64,000 bases of DNA from an uncultured Gemmataceae bacterium (GTDB lineage: Bacteria; Planctomycetota; Planctomycetia; Gemmatales; Gemmataceae). A program made the position numbers and the translations under genes. This document shows, piece by piece, positions 32,211 to 42,805 of the stretch; the first letter of the stretch is position 1, and the number at the start of each line of letters is the position of its first letter. The DNA is taken from positions 2,080,001 through 2,144,000 of the forward strand of contig CAVVPN010000003.1 of the NCBI GenBank assembly GCA_963750165.1. The letters are read 5' to 3'. The notes beneath the pieces were generated by a model. It saw only the letters and a list, made by a program, of their open reading frames with translations, was not told the DNA's origin and did no database searches.

Positions 32211-33422
32211 ATGCGGTTTGCACTCCTGGGCGATCATCCCGACGGCCTGGACGTGGCGCGGGCGCTGGCCGAGTCGGGCCGGCATCAGCTGGCCATGTAC
32301 TCTGGTCCCGTCGCGGGCGCGGACACCCTGCGCCGCTGGGATCTGACGCCGCGCGCCGTCGGCGACGTGGAGGAAGTGCTGGCCGACCCCACCATTGACG
32401 CGGTGGTCGTCGCCGGGGCCGCGGCGGTGCGGCCGGCGCAACTGCGGCGGGCGCTGCAGTCCGAGCGGCCCGTGCTGTGCGTCCACCCCGCTGACCAGGG
32501 CCCCGATTTCGCCTACGAGGCGGCGATGCTCCAGACCGACACCGGTCAGTTCGTCGTGCCGCTGTTGCCGGAGGCGCTGCACCCCGCGTTCGGCCGCCTG
32601 GCAGAACTGCTGAAGCAGCACGGGCCGCTGCTGCTGCTGGAGGTCGAGCGCTGGTCGGCGGAGTCGTTGCTACTGGAAGCGGACACCGCCGGCCACAAGC
32701 CAAGCCTGCCCGGCTGGGACGTGCTACGACGGCTCGGCGGCGAGGTGGCGGAGGTGTCGGCACTCGCCGAGACGCAGGAACTGGACGCGGAAGCGCCGCT
32801 GCTACTGGCGGGCCGGTTCGAGCGCGGCGGGCTGTTCCAGGTGACGCTGGCACCGCGGCGGCCCGAGGCACGCTGGCGGCTGGCGGCGCTGACCGCTTTC
32901 CAGCGCATCGAACTTCTGTTCCCGCAGGGCTGGCCGGGGCCGGCGCGGCTGACCTGGCGCGACGAAACCGGCGCGGCACGCGAGGAAGCCTACCCGACGT
33001 GGAATCCGTGGCCGGCGCTGGCGGAGGCGTTCGAGCGGGCCGCGGCGGCGCGGCGGCCGGACCTGGTGACGCCGGCCTGGCAGGACGCCGTGCGCTGCCT
33101 GGAACTGGACGATGCGGCGCGGCGCAGCGTGGAGAAGCGGCGGTCGAGCGTGCTGGAGTACCAGGAAGCGACCGAGGAGGCCAGCTTCAAGGGCAGCATG
33201 ACGTTGCTGGGCTGCGGTCTGTTGTGGGGCAGTTTGGTGCTGCTGATCCTGTCGCGCTGGTGGCCGTGGCTGGGCTGGGTCATCGCGCCCTTGTTCGGCG
33301 TGTTTCTGCTGATGCAGGTGCTGCGCTGGCTGGTGCCGCCGCGGCCGGAGCCGCCGCCGAAAGCGGAGCAGCAGCGACCGGACACCGCCTCGACGGCGAT
33401 CACTGCACGGGACCGGCCCTGA
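32211..33422 (+). CDS. Divergent Gfo/Idh/MocA-like oxidoreductase with C-terminal TM helices
   Basis: MRFALLG, EEVLADPTIDAVVVA; two hydrophobic C-terminal segments. Confidence 0.65.
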   Translation: MRFALLGDHPDGLDVARALAESGRHQLAMYSGPVAGADTLRRWDLTPRAVGDVEEVLADPTIDAVVVAGAAAVRPAQLRRALQSERPVLCVHPADQGPDFAYEAAMLQTDTGQFVVPLLPEALHPAFGRLAELLKQHGPLLLLEVERWSAESLLLEADTAGHKPSLPGWDVLRRLGGEVAEVSALAETQELDAEAPLLLAGRFERGGLFQVTLAPRRPEARWRLAALTAFQRIELLFPQGWPGPARLTWRDETGAAREEAYPTWNPWPALAEAFERAAAARRPDLVTPAWQDAVRCLELDDAARRSVEKRRSSVLEYQEATEEASFKGSMTLLGCGLLWGSLVLLILSRWWPWLGWVIAPLFGVFLLMQVLRWLVPPRPEPPPKAEQQRPDTASTAITARDRP

Positions 33423-33653
33423 GCGGTTCCCACGTGGTTCGCGCAGGGGTGGTGGGACGGCGGGCACGACCTGACGTCCAGCGGCCTGGCGTGTCGTAGC
33501 AAGGACGCCAAGAACGCCAAGAACGCCAACTTTTTCACACGTCGAGATGTCACTCACTGGCCCCGTGCGGGTGGCACGACTCGACAACAAGAAATGGTAT
33601 GACGCCCTCCATGCGACCCTTACCCTGTGATCTTTACTCGCCCTGGGAACGCT

Positions 33654-34361
33654 TTATGCGCTGGGACCACCAGAGGCACTTTGCGCAGGGCTCTCGACAG
33701 GCTGGGCAGGCGTCGCTAACCGCCGCCGCGCACGCCGGTGCCGCAGCGCCTCCGCTCCGGCCACCCACAGCGCCAGCCACGCCCCACCCGCGCACATTCC
33801 GCCGAGCACGTCCGTCATCCAGTGCGCCCGCAAATACACCCGGGTCGTCGCCACGAGCAGCACCGCCGCGCACAGCAGCGCCGCCACCAGCGACCGCCGG
33901 CCACGGCCCCAGCGCACGTAGCAGTAGCCCAGCAGGCCGAAGTTGATCGTCGCCGCCATCGTGTGGCCGCTCGGATAGCTGGGGTCGGCGTGGTGTGCCA
34001 TCGCGTCGCGCAGTGCCAGCGGCGGCCGCGGCCGGGCGTAGACCTGTTTCAGCGACAGGTTCAACTCGTGGCCGCCCAGCGCGACCAGCACGTATAGCAC
34101 CGCCAGCGCAACGCGCCGCCGCCACAGCAGCACCAGCAGCGCCAGCACGCCCGCCGGTCCCAGCACCGCCCAGTCGCCCAGGTGGGTCGCCTGACGCATC
34201 AGCCACAGCAGTTCCGGGTGCTCCGCCGCGTGGCGGGTTGCCGCCTCGGTCCAGCTCCGGTCGAACGCCGCGGTGCGGCCCGCCATCACGTTCAGCGTCA
34301 GCAGCTGAAACAGGGCCAGCAGCAGAAACCCCAGCGCCCCCAGTCTCCACACCTTGCGCAC
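33654..34361 (-). CDS. PAP2 family membrane phosphatase
   Basis: K-x4-RPRP, SYPSGH, TRVYLRAHWMTDV; start approximate. Confidence 0.85.
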   Translation of the reverse strand: MRKVWRLGALGFLLLALFQLLTLNVMAGRTAAFDRSWTEAATRHAAEHPELLWLMRQATHLGDWAVLGPAGVLALLVLLWRRRVALAVLYVLVALGGHELNLSLKQVYARPRPPLALRDAMAHHADPSYPSGHTMAATINFGLLGYCYVRWGRGRRSLVAALLCAAVLLVATTRVYLRAHWMTDVLGGMCAGGAWLALWVAGAEALRHRRARRRLATPAQPVESPAQSASGGPSA

Positions 34362-34806
34362 ACGCTTTCCTCCGTTGTACGGGCTGCCCGGCTTGTTGCT
34401 GGTCCGAGCCCGAGCGCCAGTTTGGAGACTGCGCTCTATGTGGATCGGAAATATGGGTGGTGATCTCCTGTTCGGCAGCCGCCGCGGCAGAGTCGCCACT
34501 CATTTTATCCAGTAAGGCCCGCAAGCGCTGCTGGCCGTTGGCGTCCTCCGCCAGAGCGAGCAGAACTTCGAGGTCGTTCCGCTGAGCCTGTTGACGGACC
34601 TTCGGTACTCTTGCCCATAAAGTTACCAAAGCAGGTCTGGAAGCGCGGCAGCGAAGTTGCGAAGATCATAACCACCTCTGGGTGTGGGTGTTTATAGCGA
34701 CCGTTCACAGCAGAGAACGGACCCGATCCCCCAGAGGGTTTTTGTTCACAAGTTCGCCTGAATTTGCTACCTGGATCGCGCACAGTCTCAAAACGCGCCA
34801 GCGAGG

Positions 34807-34854
34807 TCGGAGCCCGAGCGCCAGCGCGGGGCAGCGCTGGCGCTCGGGCTCCGA
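34807..34854. repeat. Family A palindrome
   Basis: TCGGAGCCCGAGCGCCAGCGC...GCGCTGGCGCTCGGGCTCCGA. Confidence 0.85.
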
Positions 34855-35017
34855 GTGGGACGTCCGCCAGCCCTCCGGGTTCTCCGCCGGAACTGAATTC
34901 ACCTGGAGGGAGGCCCTTTTTCACGATTTTGTCTCACTTTCTGTTCCTCGGGGTGAACACGTGGCTTATACTTCCTTTAAGAGCTTTGCCTGATTCCCAC
35001 CCCGAAAGGTGCCGTGC

Positions 35018-36667
35018 ATGGATCCGGCTGTCGCGTTGCTGTCCGCCCCGCCGCCCGCCGTTATGGAAGACCGCACCCCCGCGGCGCTGCAATTTCTCCA
35101 GGATCTGTTACAGTCCCCGCCGGGCGAGGCGTCCACGCCGACGGAACTGCTCGGCGGCCTGGCCCGCGCCTTCGCCGCCCGCGGCGCCGGGGTGGCCACG
35201 CCGCTTGATGCCACGCCCGTCGTCCGCCTGCACGTCCAGGCCGATGGCCAGCCGGAACTCACGCCGCGCTTCCCCTGGGACGAACAGACCGACCTGCTTG
35301 GCCGCGTCCGCGAGGCCGCCGCGGCGCTGCCGGCCCGCACCGCCGACGGCACCGCCTGGCTGTGCGCCGCCGTGCCCACGTCGGCGGCCGGCGGCTGGCT
35401 GCTGTGGTTGACCGCCGACGCGCCGCGCGCCTGGAGCGGCGGCGAGGCCGCGGCGCTCGCTCTGGCCGGGCAGACGCTGGACCGCCTGGCCCACCCGGGG
35501 GTGTCGCGGGCCGCCTGGCCGGAGGCGCTTGAGCGGCTGCGGTTGCAGCGCCGCCTGGAAATCACTGCCACGGCGACCAGTCGCCTGGCGCACGACTTTG
35601 GCAATCTGCTGACTGGCATCCTCGGCTTCGCGGAACTGGGCCTGGCGCAGCTGCCCGAGGGATCGGCGCCGGCCCGCTTCGTCGGCGAGGTGCGCGACGC
35701 GGCCCTGCGCGGCGCCGACTGGGTGCGCAAGTTGCAACTGTTCTCGCGCCGCCGGGCCCGCGCCGCCTGGCCCACGTCGCTGGTGGCGACGCTGCGCGAA
35801 GAAGAGGCCCGCGTGCAGCTGACCTGGGCCGGCCGCGTTGCCCTGTGCTGCGACGTGCCGGCGTTCTTGCCGCCGGTGGCGCTTGACCCGGAAGCCCTGC
35901 GCGAGGTGCTCGGCCAGGTGCTCGACAACGCCGGCGAGGCCGTCCACGACTCCGGCACCGTCACGGTGGCGGCGCGGCCGGTCGTGCTGACGGCGGAAGA
36001 CTGCCTGGGTCTGTTCGGCAACGCCCAGCCGGGAACGCACGTGGAGGTGACCGTCACGGACACGGGCGCCGGCCTGAGCCCGGAGGCACGCGGCCGGCTG
36101 GTGCGCGAGCTGTTCTTCAGCACGAAGCCGCAGCACCGCGGTCTGGGACTGGCGATCGTCTATGGCCTGCTGCACACCTTCCAGGGCGGTTTTCGGCTGG
36201 ACGCCGCGGCGGAGGGCGGCACGGCGGTGCGGTTGCTGCTGCCGGTCGGCCAGCAACCGCAGCCGCGGCCGTCGGCGGCCGATTCGGGCGGCCCGCACGT
36301 GCTGGTCGTGGACGACGATCCGATGATCCTGCGCCTGGTGGCGACGACGCTGGAACTGGCCGGCTACCGCGTGGACACGGCCGGCGGCGGCGCCGAGGCG
36401 CTGAACCGGCATGCCGCGGCGCCGCCCTACCAGCTGGTCATCAGCGACATCGTGATGCCGCAGCTCAGCGGTTTCGAGCTGGCCCACCAGCTGCTGGGCC
36501 GGCAGCCAGACGTGAACCTCCTGTTCATCAGCAGCGACGTGTTCGTGTCCCGGCTGCGTCAGGAAAAAACGCTACGCGTCTTTGAACTGCTGGTTAAACC
36601 CTTTCGCCCGGAAGCGCTGCTGCAGGCGGTGCGGCGGTCGCTGGATCATCCACGAAGTTTTGGCTAG
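35018..36667 (+). CDS. Hybrid sensor histidine kinase / response regulator
   Basis: H-box AHDFGNLLTGILG, DTGAG, FFSTK, GLGL; receiver VVDDD...SDIVMP...KPF. Confidence 0.9.
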   Translation: MDPAVALLSAPPPAVMEDRTPAALQFLQDLLQSPPGEASTPTELLGGLARAFAARGAGVATPLDATPVVRLHVQADGQPELTPRFPWDEQTDLLGRVREAAAALPARTADGTAWLCAAVPTSAAGGWLLWLTADAPRAWSGGEAAALALAGQTLDRLAHPGVSRAAWPEALERLRLQRRLEITATATSRLAHDFGNLLTGILGFAELGLAQLPEGSAPARFVGEVRDAALRGADWVRKLQLFSRRRARAAWPTSLVATLREEEARVQLTWAGRVALCCDVPAFLPPVALDPEALREVLGQVLDNAGEAVHDSGTVTVAARPVVLTAEDCLGLFGNAQPGTHVEVTVTDTGAGLSPEARGRLVRELFFSTKPQHRGLGLAIVYGLLHTFQGGFRLDAAAEGGTAVRLLLPVGQQPQPRPSAADSGGPHVLVVDDDPMILRLVATTLELAGYRVDTAGGGAEALNRHAAAPPYQLVISDIVMPQLSGFELAHQLLGRQPDVNLLFISSDVFVSRLRQEKTLRVFELLVKPFRPEALLQAVRRSLDHPRSFG

Positions 36668-36712
36668 GCGGGCGAGGTTTCCCGGCCCTGGCGCTGGCCC
36701 GTTATTCAGGAG

Positions 36713-37453
36713 ATGAACTTGCACACGAACGGCAACCCTCCCCAGGGTGCGGGCGTCGATCCGGACACCGAAGGCGTCCCGTCCCTGTCCGAGCGCTGGC
36801 AGAGCCCGCGCGACCCGAAACGGGACCAGAACCGGCTGCACTGTTCGGGCGAGGTGCGCGTGCTGATTCTGGACGACGACGCGGCCATCTGCCGGCTGAT
36901 CCAGGCCGCCCTGTCGCACCACGACTTTCACGTGGACGCGGTGTCCGACCCGACGAAGATGGAGGCCCAGCTGCACGAGCAGACGTACCATGTGGTAATC
37001 CTGGACTACGTGCTGCCGGGGTTGGAGTCGGACCAGGTGTTGACGTGGGTGCGCGAGACGCAACCGGACGCGAGCATCATCGTGGTGACGGCGTATCCGT
37101 CGATGGACAGCGCGCTGCAGTGCCTGCGGGCGCACACCTACGACTACCTGACGAAGCCGTTCCAGGTGGAGCAGTTGCAGAAGACGGTGACGCGCTGCCT
37201 GGAGAGTCGGGGCCTGTTGCGCATGTCGGAGAAGGCATTGAACCAGGCCCTGGGTGCGGCGATCCGCGAGCGCCGCAAGGCCATGGGCCTGACGCTGGCG
37301 GACATGGCGAAGCGCACGGAGGTGTCGCTGGGCTACCTGTCGCAGATCGAACTGGGCAAGAATTCGGCGTCGATTGAGACGCTGTACAAGATCGCGCTGG
37401 GGCTGCGCGTCCGCATCGCGGACCTGTTCCAGAGCGTGCAGGCGTCCGGCTGA
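36713..37453 (+). CDS. Response regulator with C-terminal XRE-type HTH
   Basis: ILDDD, LDYVLPG, YLTKPF; IRERRKAMGLTLADMA...YLSQIELG. Confidence 0.88.
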   Translation: MNLHTNGNPPQGAGVDPDTEGVPSLSERWQSPRDPKRDQNRLHCSGEVRVLILDDDAAICRLIQAALSHHDFHVDAVSDPTKMEAQLHEQTYHVVILDYVLPGLESDQVLTWVRETQPDASIIVVTAYPSMDSALQCLRAHTYDYLTKPFQVEQLQKTVTRCLESRGLLRMSEKALNQALGAAIRERRKAMGLTLADMAKRTEVSLGYLSQIELGKNSASIETLYKIALGLRVRIADLFQSVQASG

Positions 37454-37454
37454 C

Positions 37455-37558
37455 CGCGCGGGATGCAGAGCGCCAAGCCGCAAGCGGCAGAACTGAAGGG
37501 ATGGCGCGTCCGCCCTTCAGTTCTGCCGCTTGCGGCTTGGCGCTCTGCATCCCGCGCG
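37455..37558. repeat. Long perfect hairpin, family B
   Basis: 46-bp perfect inverted arms with a 12-nt loop. Confidence 0.9.
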
Positions 37559-37597
37559 CGGCTCGAATGATCCTGTGGCGGCGGCGGAGGTTCGGTC

Positions 37598-38581
37598 GTG
37601 GACGTGCTGCACACGGCGAGTCGGTTGCACTTCGGCCTGTTCCGCCTCAGCGCGGAGCAGTGCTGGCCGGACGCGCAGGGCGCCGAGGTGCTGCCGGCCC
37701 GGCAGTTCGGCGGCGTCGGCCTCATGGTCGAGGCGCCAGGCGTGCGCGTGTGCCGCGCCGACGCCCACGCCTGGTCCGCGGCCGGCCCGCTGGCCGGGCG
37801 TGCCCTGGCGTTCGCCGACGCCTTCGCCGCGAGCCTGCCGACCGACGCCGTGCTGCCGCCGCAGCGGTTGGTGATCGACCAAGCGCCGCCGGAGCACGCC
37901 GGGTTGGGCGTCGGCACACAACTGGGGCTGGCGGTGGCGCGGCTGCTGGCGGTGCGCGCCGGCCTGGCAAAACTGGACGCCGTGGAGCTGGCGCAGCGCG
38001 TCGGCCGCGGCCTGCGGTCGGCGCTGGGCGTCCACGGCTTCGCGCGCGGCGGCTTTCTGGTGGAGGCGGGCAAGCGCGGCCCGCCCCTGGCGCCGCTGGT
38101 GGCGCGGCTGGAATTCCCGGAAGCGTGGCGGCTGGTGCTGGCGCTGCCGCCCGGCGACGCGGGGCTGCACGGCGAGCGCGAGGCGGCGGCGCTGGCGCGA
38201 CTGCCGGCCGTCCCGCTGGCGGCGACGGACGCGCTGTGCCGGCTGGTGCTGCTGGGCATGCTGCCGGCGCTGGCGGAGGCGGACACGGCGGCGTTCGGAG
38301 CGGCGCTGTACGACTTCAACCGTCGTGTCGGCGAATGGTTCGCGCCAGTGCAGGGCGGCGTCTACGCGCATGGGGGGACGGCGGCGGTGGTGGAGTTTGT
38401 GCGGCGCCAGGGCGTCGCGGGCGTCGGCCAGAGTTCGTGGGGGCCGACGGTGTTCGCGGTGCTACCGGACGCGGCGCGGGCCGAGGATTTGGCGGCGCGG
38501 CTGCGGCGGCGCTTCGGTTTGGAGGGCGGCGCGGTGACCGTGACGCGGGCGGCCAACCTGGGGGCGAGCGAGCAGCCATGA
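37598..38581 (+). CDS. Beta-ribofuranosylaminobenzene 5'-phosphate synthase (GHMP kinase family, H4MPT biosynthesis)
   Basis: SRLHFGL, FGGVGL, HAGLGVGTQL, GRGLRSALG, GQSSWGPT. Confidence 0.85.
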   Translation: MDVLHTASRLHFGLFRLSAEQCWPDAQGAEVLPARQFGGVGLMVEAPGVRVCRADAHAWSAAGPLAGRALAFADAFAASLPTDAVLPPQRLVIDQAPPEHAGLGVGTQLGLAVARLLAVRAGLAKLDAVELAQRVGRGLRSALGVHGFARGGFLVEAGKRGPPLAPLVARLEFPEAWRLVLALPPGDAGLHGEREAAALARLPAVPLAATDALCRLVLLGMLPALAEADTAAFGAALYDFNRRVGEWFAPVQGGVYAHGGTAAVVEFVRRQGVAGVGQSSWGPTVFAVLPDAARAEDLAARLRRRFGLEGGAVTVTRAANLGASEQP

Positions 38582-38638
38582 ACCTGCGGCGCGTCTACAT
38601 CAAGAAGGCCCCGGGTATCGGCCCGCGAAGTGAGCAGG

Positions 38639-38662
38639 GGGGCAGACATTCCTGTCTGCCCC
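38639..38662. repeat. Short REP-like palindrome
   Basis: GGGGCAGACA-TTCC-TGTCTGCCCC, related to 56946-56999. Confidence 0.6.
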
Positions 38663-38721
38663 ACGATTTTTTCCCTACGATGACCCCAGGTGCTGACATC
38701 CGCGCTGGGGGACACGGCGAC

Positions 38722-39661
38722 ATGAACTTCCGACCGCTGGGCCGCACCGGCCTGCAATTACCCTGGCTGAGCTTCGGCGCCTCGTCGCTCGGCCAGGAGT
38801 TCCGGCCCGTCGATCTCAACGAGGCGCTGCGCCGTCCGCGTCGCTCTCGAGCTGGGCATGACCTTTATCGATACCTCGCCCTTCTACGGCCGCGGCCTGA
38901 GCGAATGCCTGCTCGGCGTCGCCCTGCGCGGCGTGCCGCGCAACAGCTATTTGCTCGGCACCAAGCTCGGCCGCTACGACCGCGATCACTTCGACTTCTC
39001 CGCTCGCCGTGTTGTCGAGAGCGTCGATGTGAGCCTGCACCGCCTGGGCGTCGATTATCTCGACATCATGCTTTGCCATGACATCGAGTTCGTGGACATG
39101 CAGCAAATCGTGGACGAAACGCTGCCGGCGCTGCGCAAGCTTCAGCAGCAGGGTAAGGTCCGCTTCGTCGGCGTCAGCGGCTATCCGATGAAGCTGTTCC
39201 GCTTCGTGCTCGACCGCACAGACCTGGACGTGGTGCTGTCGTACAATCACTACACACTACAGAACACGATGCTGGCGGATCGGGTGTCGTACCTGAAGCA
39301 GAAGGGCGTCGGCGTCATGAACGCGGCGCCGTTCTCGGCGCGGCTGCTGACCAATCAACCGCTGCCGCCCTGGCACAAGGCGACCCCGGAAGTGCGCGAC
39401 GCCTGCCGCCGCGCCGCCCTGCACTGCACGAACCGCGGCGTGGACATCGCCCAGCTGGCGCTGCAATTTTCGATCGCGAACGAGGACATGGCCACCTGCA
39501 TCGTCGGCTCGGCGAACCCCGAGAACGTCCGCAAGTGGGTTGAGTGGGCCGAGACGCCGCTGGATCACAAGCTGCTGGGTGAGGTGCTGGAAATCTTGCG
39601 GCCGATTCACAACTGGTTCTACATTGAGGGCCGGCCCGAGAACAACGACACGCCGGGCTAA
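38722..39661 (+). CDS. Aldo/keto reductase (one frameshift near 38830)
   Basis: RPLGRTGL...SFGAS, IDTSPFYG...SE, TK, SLHRLGVDYLD, GKVRFVGVS. Confidence 0.87.
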
Positions 39662-39698
39662 AGGCTGAGCCCGAACCGTCAAGGTGCTCCCTGTTCAT

Positions 39699-39732
39699 CC
39701 CCCCCGCTCGCCAAAGCGCGGGGGGCTTTTTG
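39699..39732 (+). terminator. Putative intrinsic terminator
   Basis: GC stem followed by a T-run after the AKR gene. Confidence 0.45.
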
Positions 39733-39802
39733 TTTGCCTTGCCGCGGCACCTGCACTATCCTGACCCGCACGCAACCGGTCCCCCAGGAAAGGAGCACGC
39801 GC

Positions 39803-40918
39803 ATGGCCTCCGACAAGAAGATTCGCGTCGCCATCGTCGGTCTCGGTTTCGGCGCCGAGTTCATTCCCATCTATCAGCAGCACCCCAACGCGGAGCTGTA
39901 CGCCGTCTGCCGCCGCAACGAGAAGGCCCTGAACGAGTGCGGCGACCGCTTCGGCGTCAAGGTTCGCTATACCGACTACGCCAAACTCCTCGCCGACCCC
40001 AATGTCGATGCGGTCCACATCAACTCGCCCATCCCCGACCACGCGGCGCAGAGCCTGGCCGCCCTCAGGGCCGGCAAGCACGTCGCCTGCACCGTGCCGA
40101 TGGCCACCACCATCGAGGAGTGTGGCCAGCTCGTCGCGGCGCAACGCCAGACCGGCAAGGTCTACATGATGATGGAAACGGTTGTCTACAGCCGCGAATA
40201 TTTGTTCGCGAAGCAGCTGGCGGACTCCGGCGAACTGGGCCGCGTCCAGTTCCTGCGCGGCAGCCATCAGCAGGACATGGACGGTTGGCCGGACTACTGG
40301 CCGGGCCTGCCGCCAATGCACTACGCGACGCATTGCGTCAGCCCGTGCCTGGCGCTGCTGGGCAAGCACGCCGAGAGCGTTGTTTGCCACGGCTCGGGCC
40401 GCATCCGCGAGGAACTGATCGGCCGTTACGGCAGCCCGTTCGCGGTCGAGACGGCGACGTTCAAGATCACCGGCTCCGACGTGGTCGCAGAGGTGACGCG
40501 CAGCCTGTTCGACGTGGCCCGCCAGTACCGCGAGAGCTTCGACGTGACCGGCAGCAAGAAGAGCTTTGAATGGCAGCAGGTCGAGAACGAGGAGCCGGTG
40601 ATCCACACGAAGGGCCTGCCGGAGCCGCAGATTCCGAAGCGCGTCAAGGTCCCGGACTTCGCCCAGTTGCTGCCGGAGCCGATCCGCAAGTTCACGCAGC
40701 CGGCGGCCATCCAGGACGCGGAGCACCTGTCGTTCCTCCAGGGCGGCGGCCACGGCGGCTCGCACCCACACCTGGCGCACAACTGGCTGATGGCGATCCT
40801 GGGCGAGAAGCCGGCGCTGCCGGACGCGGCCACGTCGGCGAACTGGACGATGGTCGGGATTTGTGCTCACGAATCCGCGCTGAAGGGCGGCGAGCGGGTG
40901 ATGATTCCGAAGTTTTAA
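39803..40918 (+). CDS. Gfo/Idh/MocA family oxidoreductase
   Basis: VAIVGLGFG, AGKHVACTVPMA, YATH. Confidence 0.9.
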   Translation: MASDKKIRVAIVGLGFGAEFIPIYQQHPNAELYAVCRRNEKALNECGDRFGVKVRYTDYAKLLADPNVDAVHINSPIPDHAAQSLAALRAGKHVACTVPMATTIEECGQLVAAQRQTGKVYMMMETVVYSREYLFAKQLADSGELGRVQFLRGSHQQDMDGWPDYWPGLPPMHYATHCVSPCLALLGKHAESVVCHGSGRIREELIGRYGSPFAVETATFKITGSDVVAEVTRSLFDVARQYRESFDVTGSKKSFEWQQVENEEPVIHTKGLPEPQIPKRVKVPDFAQLLPEPIRKFTQPAAIQDAEHLSFLQGGGHGGSHPHLAHNWLMAILGEKPALPDAATSANWTMVGICAHESALKGGERVMIPKF

Positions 40919-41093
40919 TCAGGAGGCGAAGTCCCCGGCAAGTTCGGCAAATCCGCTGCGGACGGCGAAGTCGGGTGGTCAGCGGCGGCGGGGCAAAGCG
41001 GCTCAAGTGGGGAATCCGGCGCTGCCGAAGAAAGGACCATCACGAGTTACTCCCCGTTCCGGGGACGAACCGCTTTGCAAGGAGTATCAGGCG

Positions 41094-41612
41094 ATGGTTG
41101 CTTCGTTTTGCGTCCTTGCCGCCAGCCTGGTGGCCGCCCAGAGCCCGGACGTGACGATTGTGCCGGTGAACCACGGCCAGGTGGTGTCCTCGACGGCAAA
41201 TGGCTGCTCGGGCTGTTGCTCGGGCGGGGGGGAATGGACCGGCAGTTCCGGCGGCGGCCTGTTCAACCACGGTGGCGGTGGCGGCCTGTTCAGCGGGCTG
41301 CGCTGCCGGCTGCAAGGGCTGTTCAACCGCGGCCACGGCCACGGCCAGTACCAGGCTTCCGGCTGCTGTGACGGCTGCGGCGCCGGCGTCCTCGGCGGCA
41401 TGGGTGGCACGGTCAGCGTCGCCCCGATGGCCGGCGCCCCGGTTCACGAGCCGCCGCTGGCGAACCAGCCGCCGGCCAAGGCGATGCCCAGCGGCCCCGC
41501 TCAGCCGAGCCAGTCGCCGCCCCCCATGCCCGAACCGGGCCCGAGTCCCATTCCGCCGAACGCCGTCGGCGTCACCCTGCCACCCATTCAGCAGTCGGAC
41601 CTGCCGCGGTAG
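41094..41612 (+). CDS. Hypothetical secreted Cys/Gly/Pro-rich protein
   Basis: AAGGAG SD; signal-like N-terminus; low-complexity planctomycete-type sequence. Confidence 0.6.
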   Translation: MVASFCVLAASLVAAQSPDVTIVPVNHGQVVSSTANGCSGCCSGGGEWTGSSGGGLFNHGGGGGLFSGLRCRLQGLFNRGHGHGQYQASGCCDGCGAGVLGGMGGTVSVAPMAGAPVHEPPLANQPPAKAMPSGPAQPSQSPPPMPEPGPSPIPPNAVGVTLPPIQQSDLPR

Positions 41613-41645
41613 TCGTTCCCGAGGCCTGCCGCTTGCAGACAAATG

Positions 41646-41695
41646 CTGAGCCCGAAGTGCCAGCGCGGGAAGCAATCTCCCGCGCTGGCGCTCGG
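41646..41695. repeat. Family A palindrome (degenerate)
   Basis: CTGAGCCCGAAGTGCCAGCGCGGGA...CCCGCGCTGGCGCTCGG. Confidence 0.7.
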
Positions 41696-41814
41696 ATGGG
41701 GTGCGACTGCCGCGAGGTTACGGTCATCCGCCTTCGGAAGAAGATTCGCCTTCAGAATCGGAAGGAAAAATCGCTTCGAGATCGCGTCGGGGCTGCGTTC
41801 GCGCACCTGATGGT

Positions 41815-42579
<765 letters not shown>

Positions 42580-42602
42580 CGAAACCCTTTCGTGCTCATG
42601 AT

Positions 42603-42661
42603 TCCGAGCCTGAGCGCCAGCGCGGGGCAGCGCGGCCACCGCGCTGGCGCTCGGGCTCGGA
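42603..42661. repeat. Family A palindrome
   Basis: Inverted repeat upstream of tpiA. Confidence 0.8.
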
Positions 42662-42805
42662 CTTCTACTGAATTGACCTGGACGATCGCTCTTCGGTGTC
42701 CATAATAACATTTTTCCCCCCTGCGGACATGGGCCGTCGTGTGCCGGTCGCCGGGGTCATGAAATCAACCAGCCGGGTCTTGGGAGCGAAAGGGGTGGCA
42801 CGGTC

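Noticed and set aside
32056..32979. Long N-terminal extension of the 1254-aa ORF
   Set aside because: Low-complexity antisense read-through over the oxidoreductase gene. The real start is at about 32055.
33501..33529. Three 9-bp tandem units (AAG[G/A]ACGCC)
   Set aside because: Short intergenic simple repeat with no further structure.
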